From Polyangiales bacterium (GTDB lineage: Bacteria > Myxococcota_A > Polyangia > Polyangiales > Polyangiaceae), in assembly GCA_038230375.1 (NCBI GenBank), contig JBBRNJ010000004.1, positions 32,001 through 96,000 on the forward strand: a stretch of DNA of 64,000 bases, read 5' to 3'. Position 1 is the stretch's first letter, and each line of letters opens with the position of its first letter. Shown in pieces: positions 47,132-57,100 of the stretch. Under the pieces are notes generated by a model that was given only the letters and a program-made list of their open reading frames with translations, searched no databases and was not told the origin of the DNA. A program made the translations under genes and the position numbers.

Positions 47132-47252
47132 TCGACGTCGACCTCGACGTCGACCTCGACTTCGACCTCGACGACGACCTCGACGTTGACCTCGACCTCG
47201 ACTTCGACCTCGACGACGACTTCGACTTCGACCTCGACCTCGACCTCGACTT
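47132..47252 (+). repeat. (NNCGAC)n hexamer array E
   Basis: About 20 units directly 3' of the stop codon of the minus-strand gene 47253..48209. Confidence 0.95.
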
Positions 47253-48209
47253 CTACAGGTTGTACTTCGCCTTCAGGTACGCGTGGAGGTCCGCGAGCTC
47301 CTTGTCGGTGAGCGTGCCCTTCACGCCGATCACCTCGGCGACGTCGCCCTGGAGCATCTGGATGCCCTGCGGGCGCCCGCCGATGTACGCGGGGATCGTG
47401 GGTGCGTTGAACTCAGCGGGGTTCGCGACGCTGGCGTCCGGCATCTCGCCGACCAGCTTGCCCCCCGAGTAGAGCTGGAGGTCGCTGCCGTTCTTCCGTG
47501 CACCCACCACGCGGGCGATGCCGTCATTGCCACCGTCGGGTCCGAACACCACGTTCTGCGTGTCCAGGCGTGCGACGATCCCGCTCGACGTCGGGTAGTC
47601 GGCCCAGAGGAAGAAGCCCGGGAAGCCCTGCGCGCCGTCGTCCGTCCACTTCGTGTACAGGATGGCGTAGACCGAGGGGTCGTTCGTGTGGCGCTCCACC
47701 ATGAAGAGCGAGAAGTCACTCGCGGCCCACTGCAGCGATGCGGTGTCCGCGATCTGGAGGTACTCCGCACCGCTGAAGTGAAGCGCGGGCTTGCCGCCAA
47801 CGCCTGTCCCGCCGTCGAACAGCGCGGGGATCGACGCGGAAAGGGCCTGCAGGGCGTCGTTGCCGGTGCCCGACTGATCCTTCCACACGGCGAAGCCACC
47901 ATCGGTCGAGAAGTCCTTGTCCGCGCTCAGCCACAGCACAAGGCGACCACCGAGTGCAGAGGGCAGAGGCGGAGGAAGCGGACCAGAGTCCACGCCGGTG
48001 TCGCCCGTCTTGCCAGAGTCGGTCGGCTGCATGCCTGCGTCAGAACCGCCGCCGCTCCCATCCACTGTCTGCTGCTGGCTCGCGTCGGCATGACCAGCAT
48101 CCTTCGCTGCGGAGGAGTCGGTGGTGCTGGAGTCACCCGTGCAGGCGACGATGGTGGCGACAGTGGCAAGGGTGAGGGAGGCTCCGAGGAAGAACGTTCG
48201 CGTTCGCAT
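47253..48209 (-). CDS. LamG/concanavalin-like lipoprotein
   Basis: IVAC lipobox; LVLWLSAD...WKDQSGTGND...GDVAEVI...YLKAKY. Confidence 0.75.
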   Translation of the reverse strand: MRTRTFFLGASLTLATVATIVACTGDSSTTDSSAAKDAGHADASQQQTVDGSGGGSDAGMQPTDSGKTGDTGVDSGPLPPPLPSALGGRLVLWLSADKDFSTDGGFAVWKDQSGTGNDALQALSASIPALFDGGTGVGGKPALHFSGAEYLQIADTASLQWAASDFSLFMVERHTNDPSVYAILYTKWTDDGAQGFPGFFLWADYPTSSGIVARLDTQNVVFGPDGGNDGIARVVGARKNGSDLQLYSGGKLVGEMPDASVANPAEFNAPTIPAYIGGRPQGIQMLQGDVAEVIGVKGTLTDKELADLHAYLKAKYNL

Positions 48210-48372
48210 GGACTCCACTCTGCCGTTCGCGATCGCTTCCGTCAAAGCGATCTGCGTCACCACAACGGACGACTGACCACGGTCGATGGTGAGGTGACCA
48301 CGGTCATGCCCGCACGATGCGCGGAGCATGAGGAACAGGTGAATTTCCGGTGAATCGTGCCCATCTCGGGAT

Positions 48373-48388
48373 CGGCATGCGGCTCGCT
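48373..48388 (+). promoter_or_regulatory. Possible sigma-54 promoter
   Basis: CGGCATGCGGCTCGCT, GG-N10-GC spacing. Confidence 0.4.
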
Positions 48389-48399
48389 AGGACGCGGGC

Positions 48400-49068
48400 A
48401 TGCACGCCGCAACCTCCGCCACGCTTCGCTCCTTCATCGCTCGCAGAGCCACACGTGTCGTCGCGCTTGCGTCGTTCGTGCTCGTGCTCGCCACCGCATC
48501 GCACGCGCGCGCGCAGGACTCTCCGCCCACGGATGCGTTCGCCGCGTTCCCGCTCTCGCTGTCGTCGGCGCGGTCGCTCGTGCGCGCGGCGTGGCGTGCG
48601 TCTGGCCTGGGCGAGACGGACGCGGCGATGGACGCGCTGTCACAGAGCGCGCGGAGCAGCGCGTGGGTTCCAGAGCTGCGCGTGCGTAGCGAGCGCACCG
48701 AGGACGAGCACACCACGCTCTACTATTCGGATCCCCCGCGCCAGTACCACGTCTCCGGCGTGAAGATGGCGTACGAGGCGCGGCTCGTGTGGCGGTTTGA
48801 CAAGCTGATCTACGCGGGCGACGAGCCGCAGATAGAGCATCTCCGGGTGACGCGGATAGAGGCGCGGGAGCGGCTTGCGCACAAGACCCTGGAGGCATTC
48901 TTCGCGCTGGAGACGTCGCTCGCGGACCTTGGGCGCGCGGCGCCTGGAAGCCTGGAGGCCAGGGAGCACGGATTCCGTGCGTTCGAGGCCGCGGCCACCC
49001 TGGACGTGCTCACGGGCGGATGGTTTTCGGAGGCGCTGCGCGGAAGGGCTGCGACCCAGCGGAGATGA
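48400..49068 (+). CDS. Exported hypothetical protein, possibly a TolC-like half module
   Basis: Signal peptide ARA-Q; ARSSAWVPELRV...RLVWRFDKL...LDVLTGGWF. Confidence 0.55.
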   Translation: MHAATSATLRSFIARRATRVVALASFVLVLATASHARAQDSPPTDAFAAFPLSLSSARSLVRAAWRASGLGETDAAMDALSQSARSSAWVPELRVRSERTEDEHTTLYYSDPPRQYHVSGVKMAYEARLVWRFDKLIYAGDEPQIEHLRVTRIEARERLAHKTLEAFFALETSLADLGRAAPGSLEAREHGFRAFEAAATLDVLTGGWFSEALRGRAATQRR

Positions 49069-49082
49069 GGATATGCTGAGCG

Positions 49083-49370
49083 GTGATGAGCACGCTGAAG
49101 AAGAGCCTGTTGCAGCAGGGCATGAAACTGATGACGGATCCGCGCGTGCTGAAGCTCATGCAGGACCCACGCGTCATGAAGGCGGTCATGCAGATGATGA
49201 GCATGCCGGGCAAGGTCCAGAACTTCACCCACGACCAGGTGGAGAAGCTAGCGAAGGCGATGTCGCTGGCCACCGAGGACGAGGTGAAAGACCTGAAGCG
49301 AACGGTGAAGCGCCTCGAGGACGAAGTCTCGCGGCTCGAGCGAGACCGAGAGCCAGCCAAGAAGCGCTGA
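49083..49370 (+). CDS. Small Met-rich helical/coiled-coil protein
   Basis: MTDPRVLKLMQDPRV repeats; LATEDEVKDLKRTVKRLE. Confidence 0.7.
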   Translation: MMSTLKKSLLQQGMKLMTDPRVLKLMQDPRVMKAVMQMMSMPGKVQNFTHDQVEKLAKAMSLATEDEVKDLKRTVKRLEDEVSRLERDREPAKKR

Positions 49371-49373
49371 GCT

Positions 49374-50312
49374 TTACAGCTCGAAGCTCTCCAGGTGCGA
49401 CGGCACGACTACCCGCGTGTCCGGCGCGCAGGCGTGGACCTCTTTTGCGAACTCGTTCAGGTCTGCTCGATCTTCCGCGTCTCCCAGCGGCGCGTGCGGC
49501 GTCAGCTTTGCTCCGAAGTCGTCAAAGTGGTTTGCCAGCACCATGCGTGGCTTTCCGAGCGCGGTCAGGACCCGGCACGTGTAGTCCGGGACCTTGCTTC
49601 GGAGGCCCGTCGCAAGCACCACCACATCTGGTCGCTCACCGGACAGCTCGCCGTCAATGACGTTGGCCGTACCGATGAACAGCACGGTGCGACCATCCAC
49701 GCGCACCACGTACTGCAGCGTCCCGCCTTCGCCATAGCCCGGCGCCGCCATCGGTAGCGTCACATTGCGCGGGATCGGAATGTTGGGCTGACCCGTCAGC
49801 GAATGAAGGCCATGCTTCACGCGGACCGCAAAGGGACCAAAGTCTAGCGTGTCGCCGCCCTTCACGGCGAGCACGTGCTCTGGTGGAACGCCGTCTGCGC
49901 GTGCCACGTTGGCCGTGCTCTCGCTTCCCACGACGATGGCGCCGGTGCGCTTCGCGATGTCTGGGACGTCCATCAGGTGATCGTAGTGGGAGTGCCCGAC
50001 AAGGATGACGTCCGCGCGCGATGGAGCGAAGCGCGCGATCGCCGCGGTGTCGGGATGGAGCACCGTGTTGTCGTCCGGCGCGCGGACGCGCGTGAAGTAC
50101 GGATCCACCAGGAGCGTGTGATTCCCCACGGCGTCGAGCCGCCATCCGGCGACGCCCAGGTACGTGAGCGACACGGGGCCATGCGCACGCGCGGCCTGTG
50201 TCTCGGTCCTCGCGGAAGGAGTCGGAGAGCACCCGCTCGTGCAGAGAGCCCCGAGCGTCAGCAGCGCTGCAGAGGCCAAAAAAACGGCTGATCGTACGCT
50301 CGAGCGATTCAT
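49374..50312 (-). CDS. Exported MBL-fold metallo-hydrolase
   Basis: LVDPYF, GHSHYDH, GLHS, NHFD. Confidence 0.85.
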   Translation of the reverse strand: MNRSSVRSAVFLASAALLTLGALCTSGCSPTPSARTETQAARAHGPVSLTYLGVAGWRLDAVGNHTLLVDPYFTRVRAPDDNTVLHPDTAAIARFAPSRADVILVGHSHYDHLMDVPDIAKRTGAIVVGSESTANVARADGVPPEHVLAVKGGDTLDFGPFAVRVKHGLHSLTGQPNIPIPRNVTLPMAAPGYGEGGTLQYVVRVDGRTVLFIGTANVIDGELSGERPDVVVLATGLRSKVPDYTCRVLTALGKPRMVLANHFDDFGAKLTPHAPLGDAEDRADLNEFAKEVHACAPDTRVVVPSHLESFEL

Positions 50313-50363
50313 CGGCAGAGGAACGCCAGGACGCGCAAACACATTCCAATCATCCACGCCGGC

Positions 50364-51170
50364 TCACCAAGGGAAGCCCTGTCGCAAAAGCCACGACGGC
50401 TGCGATGCGCGCACCAGCGCCACCAGCGGCCCGCCTGCCACGGTCAGCGTGGACTCGTGAGAGACGTACACCATGAAGTCGAGCTCCGCGGTGAACCAGA
50501 ACGCCTCCGTCATCCAGAAGTTCACCGCAGAGAGATCTTGCTCGAAGCTCTCCTCGGTCTCGCGGAGCTCGAAGAGACGCGGCGCGAGCGGTCGCAGCAG
50601 CTCCCGCAACGCCGGCGTGTGCTCGGGCGTGAGCGGCAACGTGAACGTGAGGTGCTCCGGCGGGTCCTTTCGATCGCACGCGCCGCCATACCAGCGACCA
50701 AACGTGGCGACGAGCCGCGCGTCCAGGCTCTCCTTCTCCGCATCGGCCAGCGTGCGACGAAAGGGCATGGGCCGGACGCGCCAGAGCGCTTCCTCGTCCA
50801 TGGCGGCAACGTACCGCAGCAGCAGGTCCCGCTCCTCTTCGGCGGCGCGCGACGAGAGCGGATCGCTGCGCGTGGCTTCGTTCGGGATCTCCGCAGCCTC
50901 ACACGCGCGCTGGAGCTTCACGCGCGCGTCGTCGAGTGACACGAAGTCCTCCGGAACGAAGCGCTCGATGGCGAGCTGCATCGCGTGGATCTGCAGGTAG
51001 CGCGGGAACACGTCGCGCGCGCGGTGCGAGTACTGCTTCGCGGCGCGGTTGTAGCCACCGCCCTCACGGTCCATGCGTGAATACAGCGCGGACCACTGCG
51101 CGTAGCGCTCCTCGCAGTAACGGCGCGCAGCAGTGTGCAGGAGGCCTGGAAGATCCATCGGCTCCGTCAA
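50364..51170 (-). CDS. Hypothetical protein
   Basis: 268-aa ORF with a start overlapping the upstream stop. Confidence 0.65.
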   Translation of the reverse strand: MTEPMDLPGLLHTAARRYCEERYAQWSALYSRMDREGGGYNRAAKQYSHRARDVFPRYLQIHAMQLAIERFVPEDFVSLDDARVKLQRACEAAEIPNEATRSDPLSSRAAEEERDLLLRYVAAMDEEALWRVRPMPFRRTLADAEKESLDARLVATFGRWYGGACDRKDPPEHLTFTLPLTPEHTPALRELLRPLAPRLFELRETEESFEQDLSAVNFWMTEAFWFTAELDFMVYVSHESTLTVAGGPLVALVRASQPSWLLRQGFPW

Positions 51171-51784
51171 CGCCGGATCACCTCGCGGCCTGGGTCACGT
51201 GCGGGGTCGCCCTCGGCGATCACGTCGGCCGCCCATTCGGTCTTCTTCCAGCTGGGCACGGGCGTGGCCGCGCCCTCGCACGGCACGAAGCGCGACGGCT
51301 CCACGAGCGCGCGCTTGTGGATGTAGCGCGGACAGTTCGGGAAGACCTTCCGCACGTGCACGCGCACCACCTGCTCCGCCTCCGGCCACGTGGACAAGAG
51401 CGGATCGCTCGGGTCGATGCTCGCCTTCCCGTTCACGCGTAGCCGCGACTGGCCGTCGAAGTCGATGAAGAGCAGCCCGACCTCTCCCGTCTCCAGGATC
51501 GCGCCGTTCGACAGGTACATCCCATTTCCGTTCATGCTCGGAAACGCGATCGTCTGCGGATCCAGCACGCGCACGAACCCGGGCGCGCCGCCCTTGTACG
51601 AGCAGCTCGGGTGCCCATCCGCATCCACCGTTGCAAGGAAGAACATGTCGAGACCGGAGATGAACGCGCGCGCGTCGTCGTCGAGCGCGTCCTTCACGAG
51701 CCGCTCCTCGATGCGGTCGGCGAGCTTCCGTGTCCCGAACCGCTCCTGCAGCTCCCGCGCGCCCTTCCCGTAGACCTCAGACAT
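51167..51784 (-). CDS. Pyridoxamine 5'-phosphate oxidase-like FMN-binding protein
   Basis: FFLATVD...CSYKGGAPGFV...GNGMY...GLLFIDF...NCPRYIH. Confidence 0.88.
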   Translation of the reverse strand: MSEVYGKGARELQERFGTRKLADRIEERLVKDALDDDARAFISGLDMFFLATVDADGHPSCSYKGGAPGFVRVLDPQTIAFPSMNGNGMYLSNGAILETGEVGLLFIDFDGQSRLRVNGKASIDPSDPLLSTWPEAEQVVRVHVRKVFPNCPRYIHKRALVEPSRFVPCEGAATPVPSWKKTEWAADVIAEGDPARDPGREVIRR

Positions 51785-51817
51785 GCGCTGCCCTCCCCTT
51801 CCAGGCAATCATAGCTG

Positions 51818-52843
51818 TCAACGGGGCGGTGCGCGCTTCTCCAGGAACTCGCGGACGATGCCCCACGTCAGGGTTCGCGCTTCGCGTCCGCACAGGAGAT
51901 CAATGTGGCCGAGCGGCACCGTCCGGTATCGCTTGTCCAGAGAGCCGCTCGCCTTGTAGCCGGGCTCCACGCTCGGTGGCGGCGCCAGGTCGTCGTTCTC
52001 ACCTGCGATCACCAGGAGCGGGACGTCGTGCTTCTCGAACCGCTCCACGAAGTCTCGCGCGGCGCCTCCGAAGCGCTTCGCGTTCGCGAAGTCGAACATG
52101 TTGCGGAGCTCCGCGAGACCCGCGCGATCGAACGCCAGCTTCAGGTGCTGATCCAGCACGTGCGGCTCGAGCGACCCGCGATGCCAGCCGCGCAGCGGAA
52201 AGAGGTACGCGCGGCTGTCAGCCACCGGACGGAACGCGCGCATGAACGCAGACACCGGCCCGAGCGGCAGACGCGGGTTGTGGTGCGGCACCTGCAGCAG
52301 CTCCAGCATCTTGAAGAACTGCGCGATGGCCCGCAGCGAGAACGAGCCGCGCGTGAAGTGGTACGGACTGCCAATGGAGACCACGCCCGACACTGCGCTG
52401 CCCAGCGCGGGCGCCGAGAAGTAGCTCACGAGTCCGCCCAGTGAATGCCCCACCAGGAACACCGGCCCGCCGCCGTTGTGACGACGGACCTCCTCGATCG
52501 CGAGCGGCATGTCCTGCGTGACGTACTCGACGACGCTCGCAGGCCGCTTGGCGCCGAGCGTTCGCGAGCGACCATGACCGCGCAGGTCCAGGTTGTAGAC
52601 GTCGAACCCGGCGTGCGCGAGGTAGTTCGCGAAGCTGCGCGACGGCAAATGGAACGCGTAGCGGTTCTGACCGAAGCCGTGGATCAGCAGCACGGTCCCG
52701 CGCGTCGCGTCCTTCGTGACAGCGAGCCGCTTCCGGACCATCGCGAGCGGCACGGGACCGTCCACGACCACGAGCTCCTTCTGGAAGGTGCCCAGAAAGC
52801 CAGTGTCTATGGTCTGATCGACGATGCTGCGGGAGAGGATCAC
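51818..52843 (-). CDS. Alpha/beta hydrolase (lipase/PHA-synthase-like fold)
   Basis: IHGFGQN, GHSLGG, DDLAP, GHIDL. Confidence 0.85.
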   Translation of the reverse strand: MILSRSIVDQTIDTGFLGTFQKELVVVDGPVPLAMVRKRLAVTKDATRGTVLLIHGFGQNRYAFHLPSRSFANYLAHAGFDVYNLDLRGHGRSRTLGAKRPASVVEYVTQDMPLAIEEVRRHNGGGPVFLVGHSLGGLVSYFSAPALGSAVSGVVSIGSPYHFTRGSFSLRAIAQFFKMLELLQVPHHNPRLPLGPVSAFMRAFRPVADSRAYLFPLRGWHRGSLEPHVLDQHLKLAFDRAGLAELRNMFDFANAKRFGGAARDFVERFEKHDVPLLVIAGENDDLAPPPSVEPGYKASGSLDKRYRTVPLGHIDLLCGREARTLTWGIVREFLEKRAPPR

Positions 52844-53031
52844 AAGCGCGGCCCAGAAGGAGACGTTGAGAGACCCGTATCAAGGGCGCTTACTTGCGAC
52901 AGGAAGTACCCTCCCCCCAGTGATTAAGTGTAGCATCGCTGCCGCTACAGCGCGTGATTCCTGGCCTTGATTCGCCGCGCGAACCGTCACATGCGGCGGC
53001 GGCGTCGCTGGTCACATTCGAAAGCATACCC

Positions 53032-54102
53032 ATGCCCCGGGCCTTTGCCTCCGTCCCCGTCGCTCTCGGCTTCTGCGTGCTCACCACGGCGCTGGCGTTT
53101 GCCGTCACTTCGACCAACGCAACGGCTGCTCCCACCGCTGCGGGTGCTGCGTCTGGCAAGCCGGCCGGAAATGGCAAGCCGGCTGGAAGCGGCAAGCCCT
53201 CCGGAAGCGCGAAGCCGGGGACGAGCATCGCACCGAGCGCGACGCCTGCACCTCCGCCGCCGCCGCCGCCGCCGCCGCCGCCCGAGCCCACCGCATCTGC
53301 GGAGCCCGCCGCAACAGTGGTCGCGAAGCCCGAGCCGCCGCCGCCGCCCGCCGAGAGCCCGCACGACCCGACCGAGATCGCGGGCAAGCGTTACTACTAC
53401 CTGGGCCTGCGCTACCGCGGCACCGTCCTCCCGCAGTTCTTGATCAACGCGTTCGTCGATGGCGGCGGAACGATCTACGCGAACAGCCTCGGGCTCGAGC
53501 TCGACATGCACAAGGACAACTTCAGCTTCATCCCCTCGGTCATGTACATGGACTACAACTCCGGTGACATGGTCTTCCTTCAGAAGGGGAAGGACGCGAA
53601 CCTGATCGGCAACTACACCGTCGTGAACAGCAGCCTGAAGACGCTCTACCTCAGCGTCGATCTGCTCTGGGACGTGCCCATCAACAAGAGCATCGAGTTC
53701 GAGTACGGCGTCGGCCTTGGCGCGGGCGTCGTCTTCGGCGACCTGGAGAACACGTGGGTCAAGTACGACCCGAACGGCAGCCTGTCCGACAAGAACAACA
53801 GGAAGATGACCCGCTGCGCGACGGGTGACAACGCGCCCGGCTGCAGCGCTGCTGATCACTCCAACTCGAAGGAGATCAAGACCGGCGTCTACCACGAGAA
53901 ATTCTGGCTCGACGGCGGCTCCGCCCCGAACTTCTTGCCGAACCTCTCGATCCCACAGATCGGCATGCGCTTCCACCCGATCAAGGAGATCGAGGGACGC
54001 GCCGCCATCGGCTGGTCGCCATATGGCTTCTATTTCCAGCTCTCCGCAAACTACGGTCTTCCCATCGGCGCAGACGACAAGGGAACGCCGCCGAAGAAAT
54101 GA
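53032..54102 (+). CDS. Probable outer-membrane beta-barrel protein with a Pro-rich N-terminus
   Basis: Signal peptide, poly-Pro stretch, amphipathic strands (YYYLGLRYR, EFEYGVGLG, FYFQLSANYGL). Confidence 0.6.
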   Translation: MPRAFASVPVALGFCVLTTALAFAVTSTNATAAPTAAGAASGKPAGNGKPAGSGKPSGSAKPGTSIAPSATPAPPPPPPPPPPPEPTASAEPAATVVAKPEPPPPPAESPHDPTEIAGKRYYYLGLRYRGTVLPQFLINAFVDGGGTIYANSLGLELDMHKDNFSFIPSVMYMDYNSGDMVFLQKGKDANLIGNYTVVNSSLKTLYLSVDLLWDVPINKSIEFEYGVGLGAGVVFGDLENTWVKYDPNGSLSDKNNRKMTRCATGDNAPGCSAADHSNSKEIKTGVYHEKFWLDGGSAPNFLPNLSIPQIGMRFHPIKEIEGRAAIGWSPYGFYFQLSANYGLPIGADDKGTPPKK

Positions 54103-57100
54103 CGCGCTTCGCGATACCCGACGGGGTGACGAAGGCGAGCGCCCCGGAGCTGCCCCCGCGCTACGAAGCCGTCGCGCGCCTTGGCAAAGGCGGAGGCGGC
54201 GAGGTCTGGCACGTCCGCGATCGCGTGAAGAACCTCACGCTCGCAGTGAAGCTGCTCGCTGAGGACTCGGGTGAGCACGAGGTGATGGCGCTCGTGCGCG
54301 AAGCGACCACGCTGTCCGGTCTCGAAGGGCTGGGCGTGCCGCGCGTGCTCGCGTTCGGCTCGCTGGGTGATGGTCGGCGCTTCATGGTGCGCGAGCTCGT
54401 GCCCGGTCGCAGCTACGAAGATCTACTGGAGGAGCGCGCGACTGATTTTCTCGGGCCGCTCGCGGGCGCGGCCGACACGCTCACAGCGCTTCATCGCGCC
54501 GGCCTCCTTCATGGCGACGTGAAGCCCGCGAACATCGTCGTCGACGCCGAAGGCCGCGCGACGCTCGTGGACCTGGGGCTCTCCGCGCCATGGCGTGAGG
54601 GCGGAACGCGGCCGGAGGGGCTCACGCCGAAGTACGCCGCGCCGGAGCTGTTCGCGGGCGAGCCGCTCACCGTTCGCGCGGAGGTCTACGCGCTGGGCGC
54701 GACGCTGCGTGACGCACTGGATGCGCGCGGCGCGGAGCTTCCGGAGGACATGCTGACCGCGCTGCGCAAGGTAGCGGCGCGCGCGATAGAGGAGCGACCG
54801 GACGCACGATTTCCCAGCGTCGACGAGCTCGGCGCCGCGCTGCGCTCCTCCGCGAACCTGGCGCGCAGCGGCGAGGACGTGCGCCCAGGCTGGCCCGTGC
54901 TCGGGCTGGACTTCGCCTCACACGAGCTGCGCATGCTCACGACCAAGATCAAGGGCGGCGACTCCATCGCGCTCGCCGGCGCACACCGCAGCGGAAGGAG
55001 CACGCTGCTCCGCAGGCTTGCGTGGACGCTCGGCGTTGGCGGCGAGACCGTCTCGCTGGTGGATGCCCCCGAGAACGACGAAGGCGCGAAGGTCCTCACG
55101 GACGAGATCCATCTTGCCGCCACGAAGAACGGCCTGCTCGTCGTGGACGACCTGGAGTCGCTCCCCAACGGAACGCGCAATGCGCTCGCGGAGGCGTCGA
55201 AGGCCGGCGCGAAGATCGTTGCGGCTGCATCCGCCGAGGCGCTCGCGGTGCTCACGCATGGCGCCGTCACCACGCAGACCATGCCCGCGCTGGATGCGTC
55301 CGCTGCGCGCGAGCTGGTGCGACGCGCGAACCCATCCCTGCCCGATGCGATCATCGCGGAGCTCGTGACCCGCGCTGGCGGCAGCCCGGGCATCCTGCGC
55401 GACATGCTTGGAACGCTGGGCACACGCGTCGTCGTCTCCGTGGAGGAGCTGCACGAGATGTTCGCCGCGCAGCACGCGCCGCTGTCGACCGGCAACTCCT
55501 ACGAGGAGGCGAAGAAGGCCCTGGAGCGCGCGCTGGACACGGGCCGCTTCGACGAAGCGCAGAGCCACCTGGACATGGTCCGCGCGCTCCGCCCCGGCCC
55601 CAGCGGCGTGAACCTGGCGGCCACGGAGGCCCGCGACACCGCGCTCGAGATCGCCACCGCCAAGATCGCGCTCGCGCGGGGCGAGGTGGACCGGGCCACG
55701 GAGGCGCTGGCCAGCGTGGCGGAGACCGCGGCAAAAGGCCCCCATTCGCGTGCATATTACACGTTGTTGGCGCGCGTGAAGAACCGCGCGGGTGACTTTG
55801 CCGCGGCTGCGGAGCTCACGAAGGGCGTCATCGATGAGGGCATCGTGGACACCATCCAGGCGGACGCGCTCTCGGTGCGCGGCGTGGCGCTCGCGTACAT
55901 GGGCGACGACGACAAGGCGCATGGGCTGCTGACGGAGGCCGTGGCGGTGGCCTCGACGCTGGGCGACAAACGCGCCGAGGCCGTTGCGCTCGGATCGCTC
56001 GCGATCGCGTTCCAGCGCGCGGGCAAGACCCAGGAGGCAAAGGACGCGTACGAGCGCGCGCTTGCCTGCGCGGAGGCGGCGAAGGACGCGTGGACAGTGT
56101 CCACCACGCGGCTCAACCTTGCTGTGCTCGCGCAGGCCGCTGGCGATCTGGGTCAGGCGCTGGTGCACCTTGAGGCGGCCGTGGACATGGGCCGCCGAGC
56201 AGGCGCGAAGATGGCCGTGCAGCGCGCGCTCTTCAACCTTGCAAACCTTGACCTGTACCTGGGTCGGTACGCACGCGCGGAGGCCAGCATCCGGTCGCTC
56301 TCCGAGGATCGCGCTGCGCTGGACAAGAGCGCGCGCGGACAGCTGCTGGGGCTGGAGGCAGACCTCCACTTCCGCCAGGGTGACTTCGAGAGAAGCGCCA
56401 CACTCTTCGCGCTGTGCGCAGAGATGTACGAGCTCGTGGGCCGGCCGCTCGACGCAGCAGAGGGGCGGCTCGAGAGCCTGCTCGCGAAGCTGCGTGGCAA
56501 GTCGCCGGACGCGGGAGAGCTGGCGCGCGAATACGACGCCCTCTCCAAGACGCTCGCGGGCAGCTTCGGTGAGCACGAAGGCTTCGCCATGCTCGTGCGC
56601 GGCAAGATCGACGTGCTCTCCGGCGACGAGACCCGCGCAAAGGACTGCTTCGACGCGTCGCTGGCCGCGGCGCGAAAGGCAGGCAAGCGGGAGCTCGAAT
56701 GGCGCACGCTCGACTCCCGCGGAAGGCTGTTCACGTCGCAGGGTGCGTTCTCGCTCGCGCGCAAGGACACGGAGGACGCCCTGGGTATCCTCGAGGAGAC
56801 CGCGCGAAGGCTTCCGCGCGATCTGCGTGAGGTGTTCTGGAACGACCCGTGGCGGCACGCGCTCCGGGCCTCGCTCGCCGTGACGTCACCGTCGTCGCCG
56901 CCAGGCGCGCTGCACGCCCACGGCGTGGGCCACGCGACGCTTGCGAGCCAGAGCGCGCTCACTGGGTCCATCTCGCAGTTCTCGCGCACGGGGACCACGA
57001 TCGCCATCGCGCCATCGAGCGAGGATCGCCTGGCGCGCATCCTGGAGCTCACGCGCGAGCTCGCACGCGAGCACGACATGTCGCGCCTCCTGCAGAAGGT

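Noticed and set aside
49083..52843. PHA granule cluster (phasin-like protein plus PhaC-like hydrolase)
   Set aside because: The hydrolase has a Ser nucleophile (GHSLG) rather than the PhaC Cys, the genes are not adjacent, and the phasin similarity is too weak.
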